This document shows positions 17,781 to 26,996 of a DNA stretch of 64,000 nucleotides, in pieces. How positions within the stretch are numbered: the first letter of the stretch is position 1; every line of letters begins with the position of its first letter. The translations under genes were made by a program, and so were the position numbers. Source of the DNA: Candidatus Caldarchaeum sp. (GTDB lineage: Archaea > Thermoproteota > Nitrososphaeria_A > Caldarchaeales > Caldarchaeaceae); assembly GCA_038844785.1 (NCBI GenBank), contig JAWBRA010000002.1, positions 4,237-68,236 on the forward strand. Direction: 5' to 3'. The notes under the pieces were generated by a model. It saw only the letters and a list, made by a program, of their open reading frames with translations. It was not told the DNA's origin and did not search any database.

Positions 17781-18687
17781 AGGGAACTATGTAGTAGTCT
17801 AGGTCTTCCGCCACATAGCTCTCAGGAAAAACCATCCTTGCCTCCCTGAGAAGCACCTCCGTGTCTTCATAGCGTGGACTTATGTGGAATAGGTAGAGAC
17901 GTCTAACACCTGCGTTCAAAGCTGTTTCAGCCGCCTCGGAAGCCGTTGAATGCCCTTCCTCAACAGCCTTGTTTTTTAGACTGTTGTCGAATGTTGAATC
18001 GTGGATGAGGACATCCGCTTTTCTAGCTGCTTCTAGCACGTTTTTACATGGGCGTGTGTCGCCGGTGTAGACGATTTTTCTCCCAGGACGGGGAGGGTCC
18101 ATCGCTTCTTCAGGCGTTATTAACCTGTTGTTGAAAGTTATTGGTCTACCTTTCTGAAGCATTCCCCACAAAGGACCGCGCGGTACACCCAGAGAATCGA
18201 GAAATTCCTCACGCATCCTCCCAGGCCTAGGGGCTTCCTGCAAGACATATCCGAAAGAAAGTGCTGTATGCTCGGTTCTGAAGCACGTAACGGTCACTTC
18301 ATCGACGTTTACTGCCTCGCCTGGGTTGATCTCTCTAACCTTCACCCTAAACCCAAGCTTTCCAAGCTGTGGAATCATAACCGCCTTTAAAAAGCCTGCG
18401 ATTCCAGGCGGCCCGTTGACGTTAACATCTTCAGACCTACCGTTCATCGACAGCGTGAACAATAATCCGGGAAGTCCAAGTACATGGTCTCCGTGGAGAT
18501 GTGTTATGAAGATGTGGAGATTAGGCTTCATCCCAAGACCTGCATGGATCAGCTGTCTCTGAGTACCTTCGCCGCAGTCAAACAGTATGAGGGAGGATTT
18601 GAGACGGACAGCTATAGACGGCAGCCCTCTCTTTTTAGATGGCATGCCTCCGCCTGTGCCTAGAAAACATATCCTCATCTCACTCAA
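17770..18687 (-). CDS. rnz: ribonuclease Z (tRNA 3' endonuclease)
   Basis: 305 aa. MBL motif HLHGDH, N-terminal FLGTGGG.P, C-terminal HIS motif. Confidence 0.88.
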   Translation of the reverse strand: MSEMRICFLGTGGGMPSKKRGLPSIAVRLKSSLILFDCGEGTQRQLIHAGLGMKPNLHIFITHLHGDHVLGLPGLLFTLSMNGRSEDVNVNGPPGIAGFLKAVMIPQLGKLGFRVKVREINPGEAVNVDEVTVTCFRTEHTALSFGYVLQEAPRPGRMREEFLDSLGVPRGPLWGMLQKGRPITFNNRLITPEEAMDPPRPGRKIVYTGDTRPCKNVLEAARKADVLIHDSTFDNSLKNKAVEEGHSTASEAAETALNAGVRRLYLFHISPRYEDTEVLLREARMVFPESYVAEDLDYYIVPFTR

Positions 18688-19720
18688 GTCTTAACACCAC
18701 AATTCTTCGTGTCAAGCTTTTGTGAACGTAGACGTCGTGGTGTTGGAGCGGTATGAACCCGACGGCCGCTTCCAAGAGGTTTTCATACTCTTCTTTAGGA
18801 ACTATTATGGCTATCCTTGCTTTATCATGGAGTGCACCGCTGACTGCCTCGAAGAACTTTTTTAACAAAGTTTTTAGGATGTGGCCGGCAAGGGTTGCAG
18901 ACCTGCCGTACGGGGGGTCGGTTGCGACGGCGTCAAAGCCCGCTATGAAAGGAGGCCTTTTCGCATCGCCTTGGACTATGTGGCAGACGGAAGGGCAGTA
19001 TGGTTTGATGTTCAACGCCATCCCGTTTGATATCCACGTCTTCAGCTCAAGCCCGACAGCTTCATGCCCCATAAGCCCAGCCTCAATCAATATAGCTCCA
19101 GAGCCTGCGAACGGGTCTAAAACCCTTGAATCTCTGCTTGAAACAGCTAGGTTGACGAGGCAGCGTGCGAGCTTGGGCTGAAGCGCTGAAGGTATTCGAA
19201 AAGGCTTCCTCCCCGCTCTGCGTGACTGGAAAAAATGTTTAGGTTTCGATGCTTTAGCTATCCCCGCCACGTAGGTTGTTGGTGAGACAAGCAGCACGAA
19301 GACGATGTCCGGCCTTTCCAGAGACACTCTCAGGTTCGGTAACGAAGACACCACGTATTCTGCGAAAGACCTCTCCATCTCCAAAGAGTTTACAATGGCT
19401 CCGCCTATTTTAACAACCTCAACACCAAACCCTAATGCATCGTTTGGAACAAGATTTTCCCAGCCAGCCGCCAAGTTCACCCCCTCTTTCTTCAGGTTGT
19501 CCACGGAGCCCAGGCCTATGATTAGCCCTGCCATTTTCGTAAGCGCTGCACGTTCGACTATCTCACCGTGCAGATGTTGTGGAACATTCGCCGATGCTAT
19601 TCTAGGGTTGATCAGCTCGAAAACGTCTAAATCGTTGACGATGGACAGAACCTGTCGAAGCTCGGCTGCTGAGAGCTCTGGGTTCTCTCCCGACAGAAGG
19701 AAAAAAGACCTTCCCAGCAT
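18680..19720 (-). CDS. THUMP-domain tRNA (guanine-N2)-methyltransferase (Trm11/Trm14-like)
   Basis: 346 aa. SAM motif DPFAGSGAILIEA and catalytic DPPYG. N-terminal THUMP-like region. Confidence 0.75.
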   Translation of the reverse strand: MLGRSFFLLSGENPELSAAELRQVLSIVNDLDVFELINPRIASANVPQHLHGEIVERAALTKMAGLIIGLGSVDNLKKEGVNLAAGWENLVPNDALGFGVEVVKIGGAIVNSLEMERSFAEYVVSSLPNLRVSLERPDIVFVLLVSPTTYVAGIAKASKPKHFFQSRRAGRKPFRIPSALQPKLARCLVNLAVSSRDSRVLDPFAGSGAILIEAGLMGHEAVGLELKTWISNGMALNIKPYCPSVCHIVQGDAKRPPFIAGFDAVATDPPYGRSATLAGHILKTLLKKFFEAVSGALHDKARIAIIVPKEEYENLLEAAVGFIPLQHHDVYVHKSLTRRIVVLRLE

Positions 19721-19724
19721 AGCG

Positions 19725-20591
19725 TTAACCTAGCTGTGAAGCTAACAGGCCCGCCACAGACGCGACAGCATAGGGGTTGGGTACAGTATCCGTAGTTATG
19801 ATAAGATCCGCTCCCGCTGCAGAGATCTTTTCGTAGGCAGACCCGACGAACAAGCCGTGAACACAGGCAACTATTATCCTTGAAGCACCCATGTTACGCA
19901 ACAGCTGCACGCATTTCACCATAGTCTGCCCGGTGCTGATGACGTCGTCCACCAGGACGGTTTCCCTGCCTTTTGGGTCGGCGTCTGTTGACACCGTGAC
20001 AGCGCCTGTCACAGGGTCTCTACGGCTCTCGATATGCCCGTAGCTGGTTTCCATGACGGATGCGGCTGATGCAGCCATCTCCAAGCCCTTCTTGCCCGGC
20101 GCAAGGATTAACGGTTTTTCAACACCAGCTTGCATAATGTACGTAGCTAGGAGGCCTGTCGCGTCTATGTTTTTCACGCGAACCGCTGCGTTGTCCAAAA
20201 CCCATGGCGAATGTATGTTGACCGTCAACACCTCATTTATCCCCACCGCTTTCAAGAGTTTGAAGAGGGTTAGAATGCTTACAGCCTCGCCCTCCCTAAA
20301 CCTTCTGTCCTGTCTAGCGTACGCCATGTAAGGGATCACGGCCCTTATCGACGCGGCCCCTAAGTCTTTCAAACAGTCCGCCATGAGAAGCAGCTGTGTT
20401 AGGTTCGTGTCTTGGGGAGGATGCAGGCCTTGGACTAGAACTACGTCCTCGCCAGCAACACCATCCTCAAACCTTATGTAAGACTCGCCGTCGGGAAAAA
20501 GTTTATGCTCTACACCAACCGCCGGCACCTGAAGAATGGAGGAAAGCTTACCCGCCAGCTCGCTTGATGAAGGGCCTTTTACAATCTTCAA
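19725..20591 (-). CDS. prs: ribose-phosphate pyrophosphokinase
   Basis: 288 aa. PRPP-binding loop VLVDDVISTGQT and YARQDR motif. Confidence 0.9.
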   Translation of the reverse strand: MKIVKGPSSSELAGKLSSILQVPAVGVEHKLFPDGESYIRFEDGVAGEDVVLVQGLHPPQDTNLTQLLLMADCLKDLGAASIRAVIPYMAYARQDRRFREGEAVSILTLFKLLKAVGINEVLTVNIHSPWVLDNAAVRVKNIDATGLLATYIMQAGVEKPLILAPGKKGLEMAASAASVMETSYGHIESRRDPVTGAVTVSTDADPKGRETVLVDDVISTGQTMVKCVQLLRNMGASRIIVACVHGLFVGSAYEKISAAGADLIITTDTVPNPYAVASVAGLLASQLG

Positions 20592-20823
20592 GCCAACGTT
20601 CTCTGCCGCGCCTCGTCTAAAAAATATTTTTGGGTTTATGTCTCAGCAAGCTAAGAAAAATACCTACACCTGAGCAAAAGCTTGGGGAAACCATCTGCTG
20701 TCAACATAGGATTTGGCCAGGATGTTCTGCAGAACGATTTCTTTATATCTGTGAGTCATTGGGTTATGTTTCCCTTTTAAGCAAGCCAGATGGTTGTTTT
20801 TAATCATGGTATGTTGGAAAATG

Positions 20824-20831
20824 CTTATATA
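20824..20831 (+). promoter_or_regulatory. TATA box for a leaderless transcript starting at the 20855 ATG
   Basis: CTTATATA preceded by purine-rich GGAAAATG. It ends 24 nt before the ATG, the usual TATA-to-TSS spacing in archaea. Confidence 0.45.
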
Positions 20832-20854
20832 CAATTGCAGCATTGTGAGAACCC

Positions 20855-21004
20855 ATGCAGACCCAGGCTCAGGAAAAGACCATAGAGGAACTATACTTTC
20901 CAGTCTGTGAATCTACGCTGATGCCTGTCTCAGACGAATACACATACATCCACCACAACTCGATACAGGTTGGAGTTTTCAAATACATCGAGAAGGCACC
21001 TTAG
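20855..21004 (+). CDS. 49-aa small ORF coupled to the ParB-like gene (absent from the ORF track)
   Basis: MQTQAQEKTIEELYFPVCESTLMPVSDEYTYIHHNSIQVGVFKYIEKAP. The TAG is immediately followed by the ATG at 21005, and a TATA box sits at the expected distance. Confidence 0.4.
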   Translation: MQTQAQEKTIEELYFPVCESTLMPVSDEYTYIHHNSIQVGVFKYIEKAP

Positions 21005-21739
21005 ATGAGCTACGGATACGATGAGTTCGAGTCGAAGCTCGGCCAGCTTATCTACACGCTGGTGATGTATGAGAGGCTCAGGGAATATGTTCTGGAGAAG
21101 CTTAGAGGGAAAGACCGTCTCTCCGTCAGAATAAACCTTGGAAACGACAAATACGGAAACCAAGTTTTCATGGACGTGGTTATCACCTCTGTAAGGCAGC
21201 AGATATTCACCCAGCAGGTTGAGGCACGGCAGAGAAAATCAAAGAAATCACTTGTTCTAGTGTTGTCTAATGAAGAGGTTGCCGGTGAAAAAAGGCAGAT
21301 TGCGGCTGAAATGGAGAAGCTCATAGTTGAGAGCCTTAAATGGTGGCATGGATACTTCGGTGAAAGAGACAAGCTAAGCCTTGATGCGTGGCGGAGCGAG
21401 AGGGCGGAAATTCTGGAGGGTGAGGTGGCGGGCAGTATCGTTGAGCTACCGGTCGACAGAATAATCCCCCCGCCGCTAATACAGAATCTCAAGGAGGAGG
21501 AGCAGGAGGCTTTGGCAGAGTTTGCAGACATCCTAGGACCTATAGTCGTCAGGCCAACTGATTCAGACTTCTACGAGCTTGTTGGCGACATACGTTTGTT
21601 TGACGTGTTGGTGAACAGGCTTGGTTACGACCGTGTCAGGGCCCTTGTTTTAGACGTTGACGCAGAACGAGCAGCAAGAATAAGGGCGGAGATGCAGGAC
21701 AAGGTAGATAAGCTTGTAAAAAAGATTGTAAACAGATAA
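21005..21739 (+). CDS. ParB/Srx-like N-terminal-domain protein with an uncharacterised N-terminal half
   Basis: C-terminal 100 aa (VELPVDRIIPPP...LGPIVVRP..DFYELVGDIRLFDVLVNRLGYDRVRALVLDVD) follows the ParB N-domain pattern. The GERRxR arginine box is degenerate (GDIRLF). No HTH seen. Confidence 0.55.
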   Translation: MSYGYDEFESKLGQLIYTLVMYERLREYVLEKLRGKDRLSVRINLGNDKYGNQVFMDVVITSVRQQIFTQQVEARQRKSKKSLVLVLSNEEVAGEKRQIAAEMEKLIVESLKWWHGYFGERDKLSLDAWRSERAEILEGEVAGSIVELPVDRIIPPPLIQNLKEEEQEALAEFADILGPIVVRPTDSDFYELVGDIRLFDVLVNRLGYDRVRALVLDVDAERAARIRAEMQDKVDKLVKKIVNR

Positions 21740-21742
21740 GCT

Positions 21743-22234
21743 ATGCCCGGTCTTTTGAGAAAGTTTCAAGGCGTGTTTACAGAAAGCCCGCCCAACTTCT
21801 CCATGTTTTCCGAAAAAATAGCCGCAAGCGGGCTGCCGAGCAGACGTAAGCACATCAGATATATTAAGAACAGGGGTGTCTCAGCAATAATCAGCTTGAC
21901 GGAAAAACCTTTGCCGAAAAACCTCGTTGAAAACGAGGGCGTCAAATACTTTCATTTTCCTCTGGAGGACCATAAGCCAGCCGACCCCCATGAACTTTTG
22001 AAAATAGTTAACACTATCCAGCGGCTTGTCGGCGATGGACAAAGGGTTTTGGTCCATTGCTTGGCTGGTTACGGGAGGACAGGAATGGTTTTGGCTGCCT
22101 ATCTTATGAAGGCAGAGGGCTTGGGATGGGCGGAGAGCTTGGAGAAAACAAGGAAGCTCCGTCCAGGCTCTGTCGAGAAAAACCAGGAAAAAACACTCCA
22201 AGAATTTGAGAGCCTTATCAGAGCTGACTCTTGA
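21743..22234 (+). CDS. dual-specificity / Cys-based protein phosphatase
   Basis: 163 aa with the HCxxGxxRT signature VLVHCLAGYGRTG. Confidence 0.8.
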   Translation: MPGLLRKFQGVFTESPPNFSMFSEKIAASGLPSRRKHIRYIKNRGVSAIISLTEKPLPKNLVENEGVKYFHFPLEDHKPADPHELLKIVNTIQRLVGDGQRVLVHCLAGYGRTGMVLAAYLMKAEGLGWAESLEKTRKLRPGSVEKNQEKTLQEFESLIRADS

Positions 22235-24353
22235 TAAGAGCTGCTATCTTCTCCCCTATGCTGGGAACCTGGGCTAGCTCATCAGGGGATGCTCTTCTAA
22301 GGTCCTCTAGCGTTCGGTAGCCTGAGTTGTAAAGGTTTCTCGCCCTGACTCTTCCAACACCTTTTAAAGCTGTTAGGGGAAGAAGCTCAGCCCTAACTCC
22401 GTGGGCAATCCTCTCAGAGAGTATCTCAAAAGCATGCTGCAAAACGGTCTTCTGCTCTATGGCCATAAGCTGGGAGGCTGCGTACGCAATCCAGCTGCAT
22501 CTCTCACGTAGAACAGCAAGGTCTCCTGGCTCAACTCCCATCTTCTCGTACAGCTCTCCTTCGCCAACCTCCTCTATCCAAGCCTTCATGAGAGCCGCGG
22601 TTTTAACCGACTCGAGGAAAAGGTCGTAGGCGTCTGGGTCTTCCGAGGGGTCTGGCACGTCGAAAAATGACTCGTAATTTTCGTTGACAAAGCTTTGAAT
22701 CCTATAAGCTTCCATACGTTTCATCGGAATACCTGGCACCTCTGAGGTCATGCAAACTACCTGGAGCAAGCCGAGGTCGTCTATGTTCTTTGGCCTTTTT
22801 GAACAGGTTTTTAGGATTGTCAAGGCCGTCAAAGGGTCTATGTAAAGCTCAGACACACGTCTGCCGAGCTTTGTAGCCTCAAGCCTCTCACCATCTCTTA
22901 CAAACCCGTTTGAGGACAGAAAGTCAACTACGTTATTGAGAGATTTTTCAAGAAGCCTTCCGCCAAATTGATAATGCGAAAAGGTTTTCATAAAAAAATT
23001 ATGTAAGCGTTCGAAGCTGTGGATTTCTTCGCTGGCTATGACGGCCAGCACCTGAATTCTTAAATGTCTTTCGCTGCCAAGCCTGGACCAAATCCTTTCA
23101 GGCTTACCTTTAACATATTTTTCCAGAACCATCTCGAACTCATCTTCGTTACGTGCGATTGTTATTGCCTCGCCAAATGAATCATAGCCGGGTCTGCCAG
23201 CCCTTCCGCAGAATTGTTTATACTCTGTCACCGATATGCTTTTCAACCCCTCGCCCACCTCATATCGTCTGAGCTCAGGTATTATGACTACGCGAGCCGG
23301 TAGGTTGACGCCCGCTGCAAGAGTTGGTGTTGCGCACAGCACCTTGAGATGCCTCTCCCTGAAAGCTTTCTCCACAACCCTTCTATGCGGTGCCGCTAGG
23401 CCTGCGTGATGGAAGCATGCACCATCTTTCAAAAGCATGGCAACCCTTTCGGTGAATGCGGAAAACTCGGTGGACTGAAGAAGGTCTGCCGCAGCATCTG
23501 AAAGATAGGCTTTATCAACACCATTTAAAAGATCGTTCTGGCTGAGGGTTGAGGCTGCTCTCTCAGCAAGCTGCTCAGCCCTTCTCCTAGTGTTGGCGAA
23601 AATTATGACCTGGCCGCCTTCCATCACCGTTTGAAGCGCGATAGATATTGCTGGGTTATAGTCATGCTCGGCAACAATTTTTCTCACCCTATCGCTGTAC
23701 ACAATCTCTCCCCTGAGATAGATGCCTTCACGAAGCGGGACCGGTCTCCAGTCCATGGCTATTAGATCAGCCCCAAGCCATTCCGCCAGCTCTCCAGCGT
23801 TTGGAGCCGTTGCGCTCAAAGCGAGTAGCTGAGCTTTCGGGTTGCTGGCCGTCAGCCTTGTCAAAGTCATTTCGAGAGTGGGCCCTCTGTCGGGTTCGCC
23901 CAGCAAGTGTATTTCATCCGCCACGATCAGGGAGATCTTGTTTATCCAAGCAGCCCTGTGTCTCATCAAGCTGTCGGCCTTCTCGTTTGTCGCAACTATG
24001 ACATCGTATGATTCCAGCCACGGGTCTGCGGAGTCGTAGTCTCCCGTGCTGGCCACAACACGGTATTCACCGCCCAGAAAACGGCTGAACTCGTCAAGTT
24101 TTTCCGCGGCAAGAGCTCTTAAGGGAGTTAAGTATAGAACTTTACCACCATCCACAAGATGTTTGTAGGCGGCCATCAAGGCTATGAGGGTTTTTCCAGA
24201 GGCGGTTGGCGTCGCAACCATCAAACGCCTACCTTCGAGAAGACCTTTTCTCAAAGCCTCCGACTGCGGCGGATAGAAATGTTTCACCCCATATCTTTCG
24301 AGAGCCTCCCTGAGGTAAGGCGGAAGCTCTTCTAAGTCCCCGTAACGGGTCAT
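22218..24353 (-). CDS. hel308: Ski2-like DNA helicase Hel308/Hjm
   Basis: 711 aa. Walker A TASGKT, DEIH box, SAT, QFCGRAGR, C-terminal HhH-like domain. Confidence 0.9.
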   Translation of the reverse strand: MTRYGDLEELPPYLREALERYGVKHFYPPQSEALRKGLLEGRRLMVATPTASGKTLIALMAAYKHLVDGGKVLYLTPLRALAAEKLDEFSRFLGGEYRVVASTGDYDSADPWLESYDVIVATNEKADSLMRHRAAWINKISLIVADEIHLLGEPDRGPTLEMTLTRLTASNPKAQLLALSATAPNAGELAEWLGADLIAMDWRPVPLREGIYLRGEIVYSDRVRKIVAEHDYNPAISIALQTVMEGGQVIIFANTRRRAEQLAERAASTLSQNDLLNGVDKAYLSDAAADLLQSTEFSAFTERVAMLLKDGACFHHAGLAAPHRRVVEKAFRERHLKVLCATPTLAAGVNLPARVVIIPELRRYEVGEGLKSISVTEYKQFCGRAGRPGYDSFGEAITIARNEDEFEMVLEKYVKGKPERIWSRLGSERHLRIQVLAVIASEEIHSFERLHNFFMKTFSHYQFGGRLLEKSLNNVVDFLSSNGFVRDGERLEATKLGRRVSELYIDPLTALTILKTCSKRPKNIDDLGLLQVVCMTSEVPGIPMKRMEAYRIQSFVNENYESFFDVPDPSEDPDAYDLFLESVKTAALMKAWIEEVGEGELYEKMGVEPGDLAVLRERCSWIAYAASQLMAIEQKTVLQHAFEILSERIAHGVRAELLPLTALKGVGRVRARNLYNSGYRTLEDLRRASPDELAQVPSIGEKIAALIKSQL

Positions 24354-26380
24354 GTTACTTTGTAGGCACCCGTCCTAGGCATGAAGACCCGGCCGTCGGT
24401 TATAAGACGGGTTAGTATCCTAGTTATCTCGTCATCCGACAGCCCTTCCTGGAGCAGCGAAGCCCTGAGCTCCTGCTCCGCTGCGTATCCGCTTTTTTCC
24501 TCAAATCTTTTTATCGTCTCTATCACAAGCTTCATCTTCTCTCTTACGCTTTTCGGCTTTCCTGTCATTATCACGTCTATGTCAGGTGCGCCGGTCTCGA
24601 TGTCCACACCAACTTCTTGAAGGCTTCTTTTCATGAGGAGGATGGCGGCCGCCGCATCGTCCTCGTCGGCCTGCGTCTTCAAACCAGCCCTTGCATGCGC
24701 TTCAGTAAGCCTGATGAGGGATTCGAACTGCCGCGCAGTAATGCTTACAGTCGAAGTTTTTTCATAGAGAGCCCTCATCTTAAGGTAAAACTCCTCAAGC
24801 ACTTTCATAGCTTTAGACGTCACCGTTGGTTCAAACCTTTTAGCGTAGGCGATATACTTCCTTAGTATCTCCGGAGGTATTGGAGGAGCTCTTTCAGGCT
24901 CTCCAAGCTGGTGAAGGGCAGCTATGTGCGATGATATCTTTCTGTCCATGTCTGGGTTGGGCTCGTCCCTGAGGACGAATATCAGGTCAAACCTAGAGAG
25001 AATGGTTATAGGAAGGTTGACGTTTTCTGTAAAGTTTCTGTAGGTGTCATACCTGCCGTAGGCTGGGTTTGCAGCCGCTAGAACGGCTGTTCTGGCGTTT
25101 AACGTCGCCACTATGCCGCCTTTGGCTACGCTGACTGTTTGCTGTGCCATCGCCTCATGGATGGCCACCCTGTCCTCGGGACGCATCTTGTCTATTTCGT
25201 CTATGCAGCAGACACCCATGTCCGCCAAAACCATCGCGCCTGCTTCAAGAACCATGCCCCCTTCTTTCTCACGTATAACAGCGGCAGTCAAACCGGCGGC
25301 GGTGGACCCCCTTCCAGAGGTGTAAATACCACGCGGGGCTATTGAGGCCACGTACTGGAGCAGCTGGCTTTTCGCTGTTCCAGGGTCTCCGACGAGAAGT
25401 ATGTTCAGGTCGCCTCTTACCCTTAAGCCGTCGGGGAATGTTTTTGACCGACCCCCAACCAGCAGGAGCAAAATTGCCTCCTTTATGTGGTCAAGGCCGT
25501 AAATCGAGGGAGCTATCGAGTCTACAAGCTTCCTTATTATAAACGGGTCTTCGGCCATTTTCTTAAACAGTTTTTCATCTTCCGGCGATATGTGTACCGC
25601 CTGAGGCTCCTTGCTCGCCGGTTCTATGCTGACGGCGTCTATGAATATCCTGAAGGTTTTTAACGGGCTTTCTCCAGCCCTTTCCTGCACAGAGTCGACG
25701 ATACCGGTCACTATAACCCTGTCTCCGGGCCTCGCTGTGTCAACTAGATCGTCTCTTGCCCTGACCTCTATGACTCGGGGGAGCTGGCCAGGAGGCAGGT
25801 CCTCAGGCTTCTCCTGAACCCCGATTACCTGATAGTCCATGTATGTCGACTCTTCTGGAACCAGTTCGAAGCTTGGACGCTTGCTTCCCCTGCATGTTTT
25901 ATCCCTACACGCTTCAGGCATCGACAGCCTCTGAGAATGCTGCTCAACCAGCTGTCTGTCGCCGCAGAACCTACATTTGAACACACCAGCCTTGAGGATT
26001 GGCTTCACGGCGGAGGCCTTTGATATCATGCCGTCAATCATCACAAGCTTCCTCAGATGCTCCGACCTAACCTCTCTTATCGGAGTAACCGTCGGAAGCG
26101 CCATAATTCTCGCTGTAAACGAGCGGACAGAAGACGCATATTCAGGGTCTTCTATCTGCAGCTGTCTAAAGCAGGCCCTGTTCAAAACACCAAGCATGAC
26201 GTTAGGGTTCTCCACAAGCTCCCGCGCAAACTCCTCGTCGAATTTTATTAAGTCGCTGAACTCCACCGGTATGCTTCTTTTCTTTTTGGCGGTGGACTCG
26301 CGTAGAAGCTCGCGATACTTTTCAGATTTGAAGAAAGAAACCAGTTTTTCCTCAAGAGGTATTGTAGCCATTCTACCCAC
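24350..26380 (-). CDS. mcm: minichromosome maintenance helicase MCM
   Basis: 676 aa. Zn motif CRFCG..C..C, Walker A GDPGTAKS, IDEIDKM, arginine finger SRFDL. Confidence 0.95.
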   Translation of the reverse strand: MGRMATIPLEEKLVSFFKSEKYRELLRESTAKKKRSIPVEFSDLIKFDEEFARELVENPNVMLGVLNRACFRQLQIEDPEYASSVRSFTARIMALPTVTPIREVRSEHLRKLVMIDGMISKASAVKPILKAGVFKCRFCGDRQLVEQHSQRLSMPEACRDKTCRGSKRPSFELVPEESTYMDYQVIGVQEKPEDLPPGQLPRVIEVRARDDLVDTARPGDRVIVTGIVDSVQERAGESPLKTFRIFIDAVSIEPASKEPQAVHISPEDEKLFKKMAEDPFIIRKLVDSIAPSIYGLDHIKEAILLLLVGGRSKTFPDGLRVRGDLNILLVGDPGTAKSQLLQYVASIAPRGIYTSGRGSTAAGLTAAVIREKEGGMVLEAGAMVLADMGVCCIDEIDKMRPEDRVAIHEAMAQQTVSVAKGGIVATLNARTAVLAAANPAYGRYDTYRNFTENVNLPITILSRFDLIFVLRDEPNPDMDRKISSHIAALHQLGEPERAPPIPPEILRKYIAYAKRFEPTVTSKAMKVLEEFYLKMRALYEKTSTVSITARQFESLIRLTEAHARAGLKTQADEDDAAAAILLMKRSLQEVGVDIETGAPDIDVIMTGKPKSVREKMKLVIETIKRFEEKSGYAAEQELRASLLQEGLSDDEITRILTRLITDGRVFMPRTGAYKVT

Positions 26381-26885
26381 CCTTAGGCGTCATAACCTTA
26401 ATCCATCGTTCGACAACGCTGTAAACACGTTTGTAAAGCACCTCCTCTTCAGGCGTTAGTTTTTTCACTATGTCACCGTCAAGCCTCTTCGCCGCCAAGC
26501 CTATGATTTTCATCATCCTCATAGTTATGATGTCGGCTAGCCTTCGCGCAGTGTCTCTGTCGCCTTTTTCTGCCTCCCTCATCCATTCAATGTAGAAATG
26601 TTTGTCTAATGGTTGGATGTCGGCGGGGTTGTTTTTCTCACGCCACTCCAACTGCATGAGCTGGGTTGCCGTCAAAGGCTTGGAAACATATTCGGCATAG
26701 CCCATTGAGACAAGCACTTCAGCAACCCACTGCCAAACATTTACAACAGTGCCTTTCTTCAAATCCTCAAACGTTTTCCCAGCATAGCTTAATTTGGCTA
26801 CGTCAGCTGTCATCACAATTTTAATAGGTGTATGTAGGTATTCTAGACGAATTTCATCAACTACTCTTTCGATGTCGTCGTCCAT
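26373..26885 (-). CDS. gins23: GINS subunit Gins23
   Basis: 170 aa. Overlaps the mcm start by 8 nt, the conserved gins23-mcm arrangement. Beta-rich N-terminus followed by a helical C-terminus. Confidence 0.6.
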   Translation of the reverse strand: MDDDIERVVDEIRLEYLHTPIKIVMTADVAKLSYAGKTFEDLKKGTVVNVWQWVAEVLVSMGYAEYVSKPLTATQLMQLEWREKNNPADIQPLDKHFYIEWMREAEKGDRDTARRLADIITMRMMKIIGLAAKRLDGDIVKKLTPEEEVLYKRVYSVVERWIKVMTPKGG

Positions 26886-26996
26886 CTAAATCTATGGCTG
26901 AAAGACCCTACTTAAAGATAGCTTGTCTAAACCCCGGCTATATGCGGTCCATGATAGCTCGAATAATACTTTTGTAGTGCTTGTTAGCGACAGTCC

